Part shown: positions 55,530 to 64,000 of the stretch, piece by piece | Layout: each line of letters starts with the position of its first letter | Position numbering within the stretch: position 1 is the stretch's first letter | Source: Rhodomicrobiaceae bacterium | Lineage (GTDB): Bacteria; Pseudomonadota; Alphaproteobacteria; Rhizobiales; Rhodomicrobiaceae | DNA length: 64,000 nucleotides | Direction: 5' to 3' | Assembly: GCA_050330195.1 (NCBI GenBank) | Contig: JBHJOB010000025.1 | Coordinates: 649-64,648, forward strand | Made by a program: the position numbers and the translations under genes | Notes under the pieces: model-generated | Database searches by the model: none | Seen by the model: only the letters and a program-made list of their open reading frames with translations | Told to the model about the DNA's origin: nothing

Positions 55530-57185
55530 TCAGCTATTGCCTGGCTCAACTTCTGTTTCGGCGACGCTTTCCGCCTCGCCATCAAATGCGTCTTCCTCGT
55601 CTTCCGCCTCATCAGGCTCGGGCTCCGGTTCCGGCTCGATCCAGCCTGCGTGAATCCGGGCATTCAGAATCAACTGCTCGGCTTCATCACGAGTTAAATC
55701 GAATTCTTCTAAAAAGCCCTTATGACGGGTCGACGCGCCGTCTTTTTTCTCGGTCCAGCCGATCAGGTCGTCCGTCGCGCAATCAGCCAGGTCCTCGACG
55801 GACTTGACACCGTTCTCGCCTAGCGAAACCAGCATCGAGCGGCTCAGTCCGGGCATCTCGGTCAGATCGTCCTCGACGCCAAGCTCTCGCCGTTTCTCGT
55901 CGAGTTCCGTCTCGCGGCGCTCCAGATACTCGACGGCGCGGTTCTGGATCTCGGACGCCATCGCCTCATCGAAGCCCTCGATCTCGGCGATCTCGGACAG
56001 TTCGACATAGGCGATTTCTTCAACGGAAGCGAAACCTTCGGAAGCAAGCAACTGCGCGATGACCTCGTCGACGTCGAGCGCTTCCATGAACATGTTGGAA
56101 CGTTCGTTGAATTCCTTCTGCCGGCGCTCGGATTCCTCTGCGTCGGTGAGAATGTCGATATCCCATCCGGTGAGTTGCGAAGCCAGCCGCACATTCTGGC
56201 CGCGGCGACCGATCGCAAGACTAAGCTGGTCATCGGGCACGACGACTTCAATACGTTCGGCATCCTCGTCGAGAACGACCTTGGAGACCTCCGCCGGCGC
56301 CAGCGCGTTCACGATGAAGGTTGCCGCATCGGGCGACCAGGGGATGATGTCGATCTTCTCGCCCTGCAGTTCATTGACGACGGCCTGAACGCGCGAGCCG
56401 CGCATACCGACGCAGGCGCCGACAGGGTCGATCGAGGTGTCGTTCGAGATCACCGCGATCTTCGCCCGGCTCCCCGGATCGCGCGCGACCGACTTGATCT
56501 GGACGACGCCATCGTAAATCTCCGGCACTTCCTGTGCAAAAAGCTTGGCCATGAATTCAGGCCGCGTGCGCGAGAGGAAGATCTGTGGTCCGCGCTGCTC
56601 GCGGCGGACATCGTAAATATAGGCGCGGATGCGATCGCCATAACGGTAGGATTCGCGCGGCAGCGTCTCGTCGCGCCGCACCACGGCTTCCGCGCGGCCC
56701 AGATCCATGATCACATTGCCATATTCGACGCGCTTGACGATGCCATTGGCGATGTCGCCGATGCGGTCCTTGTACTCCTCGAATTGCCGTTCGCGCTCGG
56801 CTTCGCGCACCTTCTGAACGATCACCTGCTTGGCGTTCTGCGCGGCGACGCGGCCGAAATCGAGAGGCGGGAGCGGTTCGGCGATGAAATCGCCAATGCT
56901 CGCTTCGGGGTTGCGCTTGAGCGCTTCCTTGAGCGAAATCTCCACGGCGTCCTGGACGACGTCCTCAACCACTTCCAGCAAACGGGACAGCCTGATCTCG
57001 CCGGTCCGGGGGTCGATCTCGGCGCGGATTTCATTCTCGCTGCCGTAACGCGATTTGGCGGCTTTCTGAATGGCGTCTTCCATCGCGGCAATGACGAGCA
57101 TCCGGTCAATCACCTTTTCGCGCGCCACCGCATCCGCGATTTGCAACAATTCCAGCTTATTCGCGCTAACACCTTGCTGCGCCAT
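55530..57185 (-). CDS. nusA: Transcription termination/antitermination factor NusA
   Basis: Track ORF 55530..57242. Start at MAQQGVSANKLELLQIADAVAREK, just after the rimP stop. S1 and two KH domains plus a C-terminal acidic repeat region. Confidence 0.95.
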   Translation of the reverse strand: MAQQGVSANKLELLQIADAVAREKVIDRMLVIAAMEDAIQKAAKSRYGSENEIRAEIDPRTGEIRLSRLLEVVEDVVQDAVEISLKEALKRNPEASIGDFIAEPLPPLDFGRVAAQNAKQVIVQKVREAERERQFEEYKDRIGDIANGIVKRVEYGNVIMDLGRAEAVVRRDETLPRESYRYGDRIRAYIYDVRREQRGPQIFLSRTRPEFMAKLFAQEVPEIYDGVVQIKSVARDPGSRAKIAVISNDTSIDPVGACVGMRGSRVQAVVNELQGEKIDIIPWSPDAATFIVNALAPAEVSKVVLDEDAERIEVVVPDDQLSLAIGRRGQNVRLASQLTGWDIDILTDAEESERRQKEFNERSNMFMEALDVDEVIAQLLASEGFASVEEIAYVELSEIAEIEGFDEAMASEIQNRAVEYLERRETELDEKRRELGVEDDLTEMPGLSRSMLVSLGENGVKSVEDLADCATDDLIGWTEKKDGASTRHKGFLEEFDLTRDEAEQLILNARIHAGWIEPEPEPEPDEAEDEEDAFDGEAESVAETEVEPGNS

Positions 57186-57189
57186 CAGT

Positions 57190-57789
57190 TCACTCCAGAG
57201 TTTCGCCGGTTTCGCCCATTGGCGCACCGGTATTTTCAGCATTGTCAGCCGTTTGGGCCAGTTTCAGAAGATCGTCGGTCAGCACAAGCTTGGCGTCGCT
57301 GATCATGGACACCGGCAAGCCGACAATCTGCGGCCCCTCAAAATCCTTCAACTCCATACGTAGCCGGGCCTCGCCATTCTCATATCCGTCGAGAATGCCG
57401 CGAAACCGGCGGCGGCCGTCAATCATCTCGCGCAATTCGATCTTGGCTTCGAATCCGGCCCAATCGTCGAAATCGGAGGGACGAACCAACGGCCGGGCGA
57501 TTCCGGGTGAGGAAACTTCCAGCACATAACCGCCCCGGATCGGGTCATGCGCGTCAAGCAACGGCGAAAGCTGTCTGCTGATATCCGCACAATCGTCAAC
57601 CGAGATCACGCCGCCCGGGCGGTCGGCCATGATCTGCACGGTTGTGCCGCCCTGAGACGAAATCGACACTCTGACCAGCCGCAATCCGAGATCCTCGATA
57701 ACAGGTTCGGCGAGCGCCGCGATCTGCGCCGCGACCCCGGATTCACGGATAAAGCGTTCTTGCAAATCGCCCCTCGCTGAGTCGGCCAT
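57190..57789 (-). CDS. rimP: Ribosome maturation factor RimP
   Basis: VIEDLGLRLVRVSI...LEVSSPGIARPL, immediately upstream of nusA. Confidence 0.9.
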   Translation of the reverse strand: MADSARGDLQERFIRESGVAAQIAALAEPVIEDLGLRLVRVSISSQGGTTVQIMADRPGGVISVDDCADISRQLSPLLDAHDPIRGGYVLEVSSPGIARPLVRPSDFDDWAGFEAKIELREMIDGRRRFRGILDGYENGEARLRMELKDFEGPQIVGLPVSMISDAKLVLTDDLLKLAQTADNAENTGAPMGETGETLE

Positions 57790-57832
57790 TCCAGCTAACG
57801 AGATACCCTACGTGTCGCGTTGGAGAAATCCC

Positions 57833-57866
57833 AAAAAGAAAGAGCGGACCCGTCCCGGGCCCACTC
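57833..57866 (-). terminator. Rho-independent terminator after the metK-trmB unit
   Basis: Minus strand: GAGTGGGCCC-gggac-GGGTCCGCTC (10-bp stem including G-U pairs) followed by TTTCTTTTTGGG. Confidence 0.7.
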
Positions 57867-57984
57867 TCCACAGTCGAGATGATCATGAGCACGGCTAATG
57901 TAAAAAACTTTTTTGGAATATGCAAGGCTGGCTTGCAGAAAATGCATATCGCTCGTGAAGAAATCTTTACGGCATTATCGCGCG

Positions 57985-58698
57985 TCAACTTCGCCGAAAC
58001 ACGAAAAACTCGCAGGCCCGCCCTGCGGCAATGGCTTTTTCGGCATATCGCGTCAAGGGCCAGTCTGCCGGACGCTCCGGAAGCAGTCCCGACTCCGACT
58101 CGAATTGCGCAGACGCATCAATGCCTTCAACGACCATTTCCGCATAATCGGCAATATCGGTTGCAAAGCGCAACTCCGCGCCGGGCTTCATGACGCGAGC
58201 CAGCAGCGCCAGACCTTCATCGGTCAGAATGCGGCGCTTGCGGTGCCTCTTTTTCGGCCAGGGATCGGGAAAAAGTACGAATACGCGACCGATGCTTGCC
58301 GGCGGCAGCCAGTCGAGCAGGTGCCGGGCGTCGTCGTCATAAAGCCTGACAGTCCGCAACCCCGCCTCATCAACACCCCGAACGGCCTTGGCCACGCCAT
58401 TTACGAACGGTTCGCAGCCGATCAGGCCGATCTCGGGATGTTCGCCAGCCTGCCACAGCAGATGCTCGCCGGCGCCGAAACCGATTTCCAGCCAGACCCC
58501 CTCTACGGGGATGGGAAAAAGCGCGGCGGGCTGTGCGGGCGGCGGCTGCGTCGGATCGATGCGCAGCGCCGGAAGTCTTGTGGCGAGCAACTCCGCCTGG
58601 TTCGATTTCAGCGGCCTGCCGACGCGCCGGCCATGCAGATGGCGGCGTTCTCTGAAGGTTTCGTCATTGCCCTTCAAGCTGAACGCCGCCTCACTCAT
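57985..58698 (-). CDS. trmB: tRNA (guanine(46)-N7)-methyltransferase
   Basis: WLEIGFGAGEHLLWQA (SAM-binding), FPDPWPKKRHRKRR, and the ATD motif (LRFATDIADY). Confidence 0.9.
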   Translation of the reverse strand: MSEAAFSLKGNDETFRERRHLHGRRVGRPLKSNQAELLATRLPALRIDPTQPPPAQPAALFPIPVEGVWLEIGFGAGEHLLWQAGEHPEIGLIGCEPFVNGVAKAVRGVDEAGLRTVRLYDDDARHLLDWLPPASIGRVFVLFPDPWPKKRHRKRRILTDEGLALLARVMKPGAELRFATDIADYAEMVVEGIDASAQFESESGLLPERPADWPLTRYAEKAIAAGRACEFFVFRRS

Positions 58699-58700
58699 GG

Positions 58701-59870
58701 CTACGTCAAAGCCGCCTTGATCGGCTCTACGAGATCGAGCTTTTCCCAGGAAAAGCCGCCATCATTGTCCGGCGTACGCCCGAAATGGCCGTAGGCTGCG
58801 GTGCGCTCGTAAACCGGACGGCTGAGGCCCAGATGCTCGCGAATGCCGCGCGGGCTGAGGTTCATGACCTCGTTCAACGCCTTTTCCAGCTTCATTTCAT
58901 CAACCCGGCCGGTTCCGTAGAAATCGACGTAGATCGAAAGCGGCTTGGAGATGCCGATGGCGTAGGATAGCTGGATGGAGCATTTCTCCGCCAGTTCGGC
59001 CGCGACGACATTCTTGGCCAGATAGCGTGCGGCATAGGCTGCCGAGCGGTCGACCTTGGTCGGATCCTTGCCGGAGAACGCGCCGCCGCCATGAGGCGCC
59101 GCTCCGCCATAGGTATCGACAATGATCTTGCGTCCGGTCAGACCGGCGTCGCCATCGGGACCGCCAACGACGAAACGTCCCGTCGGATTGACGTAGAATT
59201 CGTCCTCTGGCGGCATCCAGCCACGGGGAATGATGTCTTCCACGAAGCCGCGCACGACTTCGCGAACGCGTTCCTGACTGACATCTTCCTGATGCTGAGT
59301 CGAGACGACGATCGAGGTTGTCTTGACCGGCTTGCCGTTTTCGTAAAGCAACGTCACTTGGCTCTTGGCGTCGGGGCCAAGCTCGGGAACGGTCCCGGCG
59401 TGCCTCGCCTTGGCCATTTCGTGAAGAATGCGGTGAGCGTAATGGATGGGGGCGGGCATGTACTCCTCGGTTTCGGTGCAACCGTAACCGAACATGATGC
59501 CCTGATCGCCAGCGCCTTCATCCTTGTCTTCAGCGGCGTCAACGCCCTGCGCAATGTCGCTGGACTGTTCATGCACGTAGCACTGGAATTCAAGATTCCG
59601 CCAGTCGAAGCCGGGCTGTTCATAGCCGATTTCCCTGACGCATCGGCGGGCGGCTTCTTCCATCATCTCGTGGGTCACGCTTTCCGGCCCGCGGGTCTCG
59701 CCAGCCAGAATGACGCGATTTGTCGTTGTCAGCGTTTCAACCGCAACACGGGAATGTGGGTCCGCGCCTAAATAAAGATCGACGATTGAATCAGAAATCC
59801 GGTCGCAGACCTTGTCGGGATGGCCCTCAGACACGGACTCACTCGTAAACAGATATTGAGCGCGAGACAC
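58701..59870 (-). CDS. metK: S-adenosylmethionine synthetase
   Basis: GTG start. [33 protein letters not shown], and [32 protein letters not shown]. Confidence 0.96.
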   Translation of the reverse strand: MSRAQYLFTSESVSEGHPDKVCDRISDSIVDLYLGADPHSRVAVETLTTTNRVILAGETRGPESVTHEMMEEAARRCVREIGYEQPGFDWRNLEFQCYVHEQSSDIAQGVDAAEDKDEGAGDQGIMFGYGCTETEEYMPAPIHYAHRILHEMAKARHAGTVPELGPDAKSQVTLLYENGKPVKTTSIVVSTQHQEDVSQERVREVVRGFVEDIIPRGWMPPEDEFYVNPTGRFVVGGPDGDAGLTGRKIIVDTYGGAAPHGGGAFSGKDPTKVDRSAAYAARYLAKNVVAAELAEKCSIQLSYAIGISKPLSIYVDFYGTGRVDEMKLEKALNEVMNLSPRGIREHLGLSRPVYERTAAYGHFGRTPDNDGGFSWEKLDLVEPIKAALT

Positions 59871-59972
59871 TCAAAACCCCCTTTCACTAATCATGCAGGA
59901 AACAGCGCAAGAATAGGGGCTACGCCCGAAAGACGCAACCCTCCAGCAGAAAATCCCGCAAGTTATCACGAA

Positions 59973-60485
59973 TTAATCAGCAGGCTGAGCTGAAACCGCG
60001 CGCAGATTCGTTGCCTCGATGGCTACGTCTTCACTCAGAGCGCGGACGAGTTCAACAACACGTTTGCGGACTTTCGGATCGGTGATCTTGACGAATGCTC
60101 TATTAAGCTCCAATCCGTCGCGACTATTAAGGAAATCTAGTAAAAATGCTTCCGTTTTTGACTCCGCGAAGCCTGCATTCGGCGTAACGCCGCGGCTTGC
60201 CAGAAGCGCCTGAGCGTCCTCGAAGAAGAACTGTACGGGGACGTCCAAAATCTGAGAAAGCTGAAAAAGTCGACTGGCGCCGATGCGATTGGTGCCTTTC
60301 TCATATTTCTGGATCTGCTGGAATGTCAGACCCATTTTTTCCCCCAACTTTTCCTGGCTCATGCCGATGACCATGCGGCGAAGCCGAACCCGGCTCCCTA
60401 CATGAATGTCCATTGGATTGGGCTTGCGCCCTTGGGTTTCCAACTGATTTTCCGTGCCCCCCGGCGACGTTTGCTCGCGTCCCAT
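59973..60485 (-). CDS. XRE-family helix-turn-helix transcriptional regulator
   Basis: HVGSRVRLRRMVIGMSQEKLGEKMGLTFQQIQKYEKGTNRIGASRLFQLSQIL. The alternative start is ATG 60413. Confidence 0.85.
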   Translation of the reverse strand: MGREQTSPGGTENQLETQGRKPNPMDIHVGSRVRLRRMVIGMSQEKLGEKMGLTFQQIQKYEKGTNRIGASRLFQLSQILDVPVQFFFEDAQALLASRGVTPNAGFAESKTEAFLLDFLNSRDGLELNRAFVKITDPKVRKRVVELVRALSEDVAIEATNLRAVSAQPAD

Positions 60486-60699
60486 TGTCCCAATTGTGCC
60501 CTGTTCACTACGTGCTTCGACAACGCGCTGACTAATATATCAGCCCTACACAATGCTCGGTTGTAAGCCCCCGATGCCTCGCGCGTCAAGAAATAAGAAA
60601 CGCAACCATAAGTTGTGCCCAACGGCGCTCTTGACTTTCTGTATGTCCATCAACCGATTAGCTAAGCCGGATTACTCGCTTTGCTTGATAATTTTCAAA

Positions 60700-62379
60700 T
60701 CACTCAACTTTTATTGCAAGTCTATACAATATGAAAAAGCCACAGACCAACAAGATTAACCAATTTTCGCGAAAGAGCGTGAACGGAGTTGGCGAAAGAG
60801 CAACAGGCAGACCGGAATCGATCACGCCCATCTCGTTCAGGGGTATTCTCCGGGCAATTCGCCCATAGGGGTCGATAACGGCCGAGATGCCGGTGTTCGC
60901 CGAGCGTATCAGCGGAAGCCCTTCCTCAATGGCCCGCAGGCGCGTCTGGTGCAGATGCTGATAGGGGCCCGTCGATGTCCCGAACCAGGCGTCGTTCGTC
61001 AGGTTGAGCAGCCAGCCCGGACGTCCGCCCTCGCTTCCCGCCGCCCAGCCGGGAAAGATCGCCTCGTAGCAGATCAACGGCAGGAAGGGCGGCGCGCTTC
61101 CGGCGGTCATGAGAGGCTTCTTGTCCCCGCTGGCAAATCCGCTGTTTACATGGGTGAGTTGCGTGATGCCCAGCGCTGTGAGCGTCTCCTCGAAGGGGAG
61201 ATACTCGCCGAACGGCACCAGGTGAACCTTGTCATAGATGCCGGCCAGTCCGGCCTGCGCGCCGAGCATGAACAGGCTGTTATAGATGCGGTCGATATTG
61301 TAGCGGCCATCGTCGCGTTTGGCGCCCTCGACGCGTTCAGCGCCCAATAGCAGAGTGGCGTCGGTGGAGATAAGCTGGGCCAGCGCCTGCCGCACATCTT
61401 CGGAATGGATGCGCTTATTCAGCATGAACAGCACCGGGACCGCCGTTTCGGGCCAGATGATATGCGTTGGAGACGCCGGTTCCGCATCGCTTTCAGCCGC
61501 CGTTCGGCTCAGTGTCAGGAGGCGGTCGAAAATCCACTGGCGGTTTTCCGGCTTCCATTTCTCCGCCTGTGGGATGTTGCCCTGAACGATGCGCAGGCGA
61601 ACGCCCTCGACCGTATCAGTGGTGGCGCCGCCGAGCCGGACCGTGCCCCAACTCCATCCCATACCGAGAAGGAGAATGCAGAACGCAGGGAGCAGCCACC
61701 CTCGGGAATGATCGCGCGCCCTCGGCCCGGCAAGCGCGGCGGGGCTCGCAGCGATCAGAAGCGTTAGCAGCGTGAGGCCGTAAATGCCGATAAGCGATGC
61801 GCTCTGTGCAAGCGCGTCATTGCCGGCGAGTGCATATCCCCACACATTCCAGGGAAACCCCGTCAGAATATGGCCGCGCAGCCAGTCGGCGGCGAAGAAG
61901 GTGATGGTGAAGGCGAATATCCGGCTGACGCCGGGCCGCCAGAAGACGATAGCGATGCTCGCCGCAAGCGCGGGAAAAATCGCCAGGGCCGCCGGGAACG
62001 CCGCAACGCCGAGCGGGGCCAGAACCGCGAACTTGTCGGCCTCGACAAAGAAGGCAAATCCCAGCCAGTAAAGCCCGGCGAGGAAATATCCGAAACCGAA
62101 CCACCATCCGGCAACCGCCGCCTGCCGCCATGGTGCCTTCCGCGTGCCCATCCCCGCCGATGCTGCTGGCGCAGCAATGCCATCCAGCAACCAGATAAAG
62201 GCGGGTATTGTGATGAATAGGAGAGGCCAGAGGTGAAACGGCGCAAAACTGGCGACCGACGCAGCGCCCAGCGTGAAGCCGGCCGCCGCACGCCGCCAGC
62301 CGCGCAAGCCCGCCATGAAGCGAGCAGCTTCATCGAGAGTAGGAATCAGGACGCCCGTTTTGGGTTCGCTCAGGCTCAC
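60700..62379 (-). CDS. lnt: Apolipoprotein N-acyltransferase
   Basis: N-terminal polytopic domain plus a C-N hydrolase domain with Glu/Lys/Cys contexts (RIVQGNIPQAEKW, YDKVHLVPFGEY, PLICYEAIFP). GTG 62379 is preceded by GGAGGTGACCG. Confidence 0.9.
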   Translation of the reverse strand: MSLSEPKTGVLIPTLDEAARFMAGLRGWRRAAAGFTLGAASVASFAPFHLWPLLFITIPAFIWLLDGIAAPAASAGMGTRKAPWRQAAVAGWWFGFGYFLAGLYWLGFAFFVEADKFAVLAPLGVAAFPAALAIFPALAASIAIVFWRPGVSRIFAFTITFFAADWLRGHILTGFPWNVWGYALAGNDALAQSASLIGIYGLTLLTLLIAASPAALAGPRARDHSRGWLLPAFCILLLGMGWSWGTVRLGGATTDTVEGVRLRIVQGNIPQAEKWKPENRQWIFDRLLTLSRTAAESDAEPASPTHIIWPETAVPVLFMLNKRIHSEDVRQALAQLISTDATLLLGAERVEGAKRDDGRYNIDRIYNSLFMLGAQAGLAGIYDKVHLVPFGEYLPFEETLTALGITQLTHVNSGFASGDKKPLMTAGSAPPFLPLICYEAIFPGWAAGSEGGRPGWLLNLTNDAWFGTSTGPYQHLHQTRLRAIEEGLPLIRSANTGISAVIDPYGRIARRIPLNEMGVIDSGLPVALSPTPFTLFRENWLILLVCGFFILYRLAIKVE

Positions 62380-62507
62380 CGGTCACCTCCGCATCTGCAA
62401 TGCTTCGCATGACCGATTGGCCGGAGAATGACAAGCCTGTCGGCGCCGGCTCCGCGATGGTATTGGGGAAAATGCGGACAACCGGGCATCCGCCGGCCAG
62501 GATCGCC

Positions 62508-63479
62508 TTAACGCCCGGCGGGGCCAAGCTCGGGAGCAGCGGCTTCGTCACTGCCGGGCAGTTTCAGCTTCAGTTTCTTCACACGGCGGCGGTCGGCATC
62601 GAGGACGATGAACTCCACACCTGCGGGATGATGCATGACTTCGCCGCGCACGGGCACCCTGCCCAGCATTGTAAAAACCAGCCCGCCAAGCGTGTCCACA
62701 TCCTCGTCTTCGGGCGAAGAAAGGCTGAAACCGATCATGGCTTCGACATCCTCGATCTCGGCGCGCGCATCGGCGACGATGGTATTGCCTTCAGCCTGCA
62801 GCATCGGCTCGTCATCGGCGTCATGCTCGTCCTCAATGTCGCCCACGACCTCCTCAAGCAGATCCTCGATCGAGACCAGACCGTCCGTGCCGCCATGCTC
62901 GTCGATGATCAGGGCGAGATGGATGTGCCGGCTCTGCATCCGCACAAGCATATCGAGCGCGGACATGGAGGGCGGCGCGAAAATCAATTCACGCATTATG
63001 TTGGCCTGCGCAACCGGCGTCGTCAGGTCCGCCGCGCCAAGATTGAGCTTGAGGCCCTCGCCCGCGCCGGCCTTGCCTTCGGCAATCACCCAGCCCATCA
63101 GATCCTTTACATGCACCATGCCCAGCGGCTCATCGAGCGTGTCGCGGTAGATCGGAACGCGCGAATGCCCGGCCTCGGCAAAAACGTCGAGCAGATCGCC
63201 GAGCGTCGTGTTTTCCTCGACCGCCACGATCTCGGCGCGCGGCACCATTACATCCTCGACGCGCAACTCCTTGAAGCGCAGCGTCTTTTGCAGCATGGCG
63301 CGCTCGCGCGGCGAAAAGGATGCGCCGTCATCATCATTGCGCAACGCCTCCTCGATCACCGTACGCGCATCGAGCTGCGTGGAAAAACCAACCTTGACGG
63401 CGAGGCGGTCGAGCCAGCTTGGGCTTCCTTCCTGACGTTCGCTCGAATGCAAGCCGTTATAATTATTGCTCAGTGCCAT
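62508..63479 (-). CDS. CBS-pair + CorC/HlyC domain protein (CorC/TlyC-like Mg/Co efflux-associated, hemolysin-family annotation)
   Basis: Tandem CBS domains (VEDVMVPRAEIVAV..., MGMVHVKDLM...) and a C-terminal transporter-associated domain. Conserved lnt-corC-ybeY order. Confidence 0.88.
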   Translation of the reverse strand: MALSNNYNGLHSSERQEGSPSWLDRLAVKVGFSTQLDARTVIEEALRNDDDGASFSPRERAMLQKTLRFKELRVEDVMVPRAEIVAVEENTTLGDLLDVFAEAGHSRVPIYRDTLDEPLGMVHVKDLMGWVIAEGKAGAGEGLKLNLGAADLTTPVAQANIMRELIFAPPSMSALDMLVRMQSRHIHLALIIDEHGGTDGLVSIEDLLEEVVGDIEDEHDADDEPMLQAEGNTIVADARAEIEDVEAMIGFSLSSPEDEDVDTLGGLVFTMLGRVPVRGEVMHHPAGVEFIVLDADRRRVKKLKLKLPGSDEAAAPELGPAGR

Positions 63480-63488
63480 AATCTTCCA

Positions 63489-64000
63489 TCAGCCGGTTAC
63501 GACGGGCTGTTCTTCCATAGGTGTGAGGTAAGGGTCGGGAATGCCAAGTGACGCGAGAATTTCGCGTTCGAGATTTTCCATGTGTTCGGCGTCTTCATCC
63601 GTTTCATGATCGCACCCAGCCAGATGCAGAATGCCATGAATGACGAGATGAGCGAGATGCGAGAGGGGTGGCTTGTCCTCCGCACGCGCCTCCTGCATGA
63701 CGGTCTCATATGCGATGATAATGTCGCCCAAGAGGGGATGTTCCGAGCCCGACGCTGCAAGACCGTCCGATGCCGGGAATGAGAGGACGTTTGTGGGTTT
63801 GGGCTTGCCACGGTAGCGGCCATTCAGTTCCGCCACGGCATCGTCGGACGACAGTGCGATGGAAAGCTCGCGGCCGGCGATTCCGCTAATCCGTTCCGCG
63901 CAAGCCTCGTAGGCGCGGCGCACCATGTGCTCCACGCCGTCAAGCCCGCGCCAGCCTTGGAATTCGATCAAAAGATCGACGTGCCCCTGCTCGAATTGAA
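63489..64000 (-). CDS. ybeY: Endoribonuclease YbeY (rRNA maturation). The 5' end is probably outside the window
   Basis: HGILHLAGCDHE zinc motif. The reading frame stays open upstream of the track's TTG (63971) to the window edge (QFEQGHVDLLIEFQGW). The VDLLIEF strand normally lies within YbeY, so the real start is likely beyond 64000. Confidence 0.85.
   Translation of the reverse strand, partial: QFEQGHVDLLIEFQGWRGLDGVEHMVRRAYEACAERISGIAGRELSIALSSDDAVAELNGRYRGKPKPTNVLSFPASDGLAASGSEHPLLGDIIIAYETVMQEARAEDKPPLSHLAHLVIHGILHLAGCDHETDEDAEHMENLEREILASLGIPDPYLTPMEEQPVVTG

Noticed and set aside
59871-59972. A possible SAM riboswitch in the metK leader.
   Set aside because: The leader is only ~100 nt. 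I could not find SAM-II, SAM-V or SAM-SAH-like pseudoknot elements by eye. A cmscan would be needed to exclude one formally.

Overview
High-GC (roughly 60-65% by eye) chromosomal segment whose gene content and order look alphaproteobacterial, Rhizobiales/Hyphomicrobiales-like. That taxon call is inference from synteny, not a search. All protein calls come from motifs I recognise in the supplied translations. No database search was run.

Gene content, left to right:
- A polyamine/GABA-type cluster: ATP-grasp protein, large PLP Orn/Lys/Arg decarboxylase, C-N hydrolase, GabT, and a divergent XRE-cupin regulator.
- creA, an aldo-keto reductase, a PfkB kinase and tRNA-Tyr.
- A TrmH-family methyltransferase, an amino-acid SBP, an acetyl-CoA hydrolase/transferase, an EamA transporter, an AraC regulator, two tandem HupE/UreJ genes and an L,D-transpeptidase.
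- A ~6 kb low-GC integrative islet (about 18.9-25.0 kb).
- A small Cys-rich secreted protein, an ABC-F ATPase, ndk, HAD + GNAT, and a class A PBP.
- A glycerol locus: glpR-glpD-glpK, plus a divergent ABC importer with two ATPases, two permeases, a DUF2160-like small membrane protein and a large SBP.
- An MFS transporter, a GntR regulator and an M24 hydrolase.
- The conserved pnp / rpsO / truB-rbfA / infB-ylxR-nusA-rimP / trmB-metK / lnt-corC-ybeY housekeeping block.

Most notable observations:
1. The islet has an integrase at one end and an AlpA-type HTH at the other. Between them lie a protein with rolling-circle Rep-like motifs followed by an iteron array, a free-standing GIY-YIG nuclease and orphan ORFs. 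It has no structural or transfer genes, so it may be a minimalist satellite-like or integrative replicon.
2. A 102-bp two-hairpin intergenic repeat family is present in three full copies and one internally deleted copy.
3. A secreted peptide has perfectly mirror-symmetric cysteine spacing.
4. Decayed tandem copies of the tRNA-Tyr 3' end lie next to the tRNA.

No rRNA, CRISPR array or transposase was seen. Many long ORFs in the track are antisense shadow ORFs typical of high-GC DNA and were not called.
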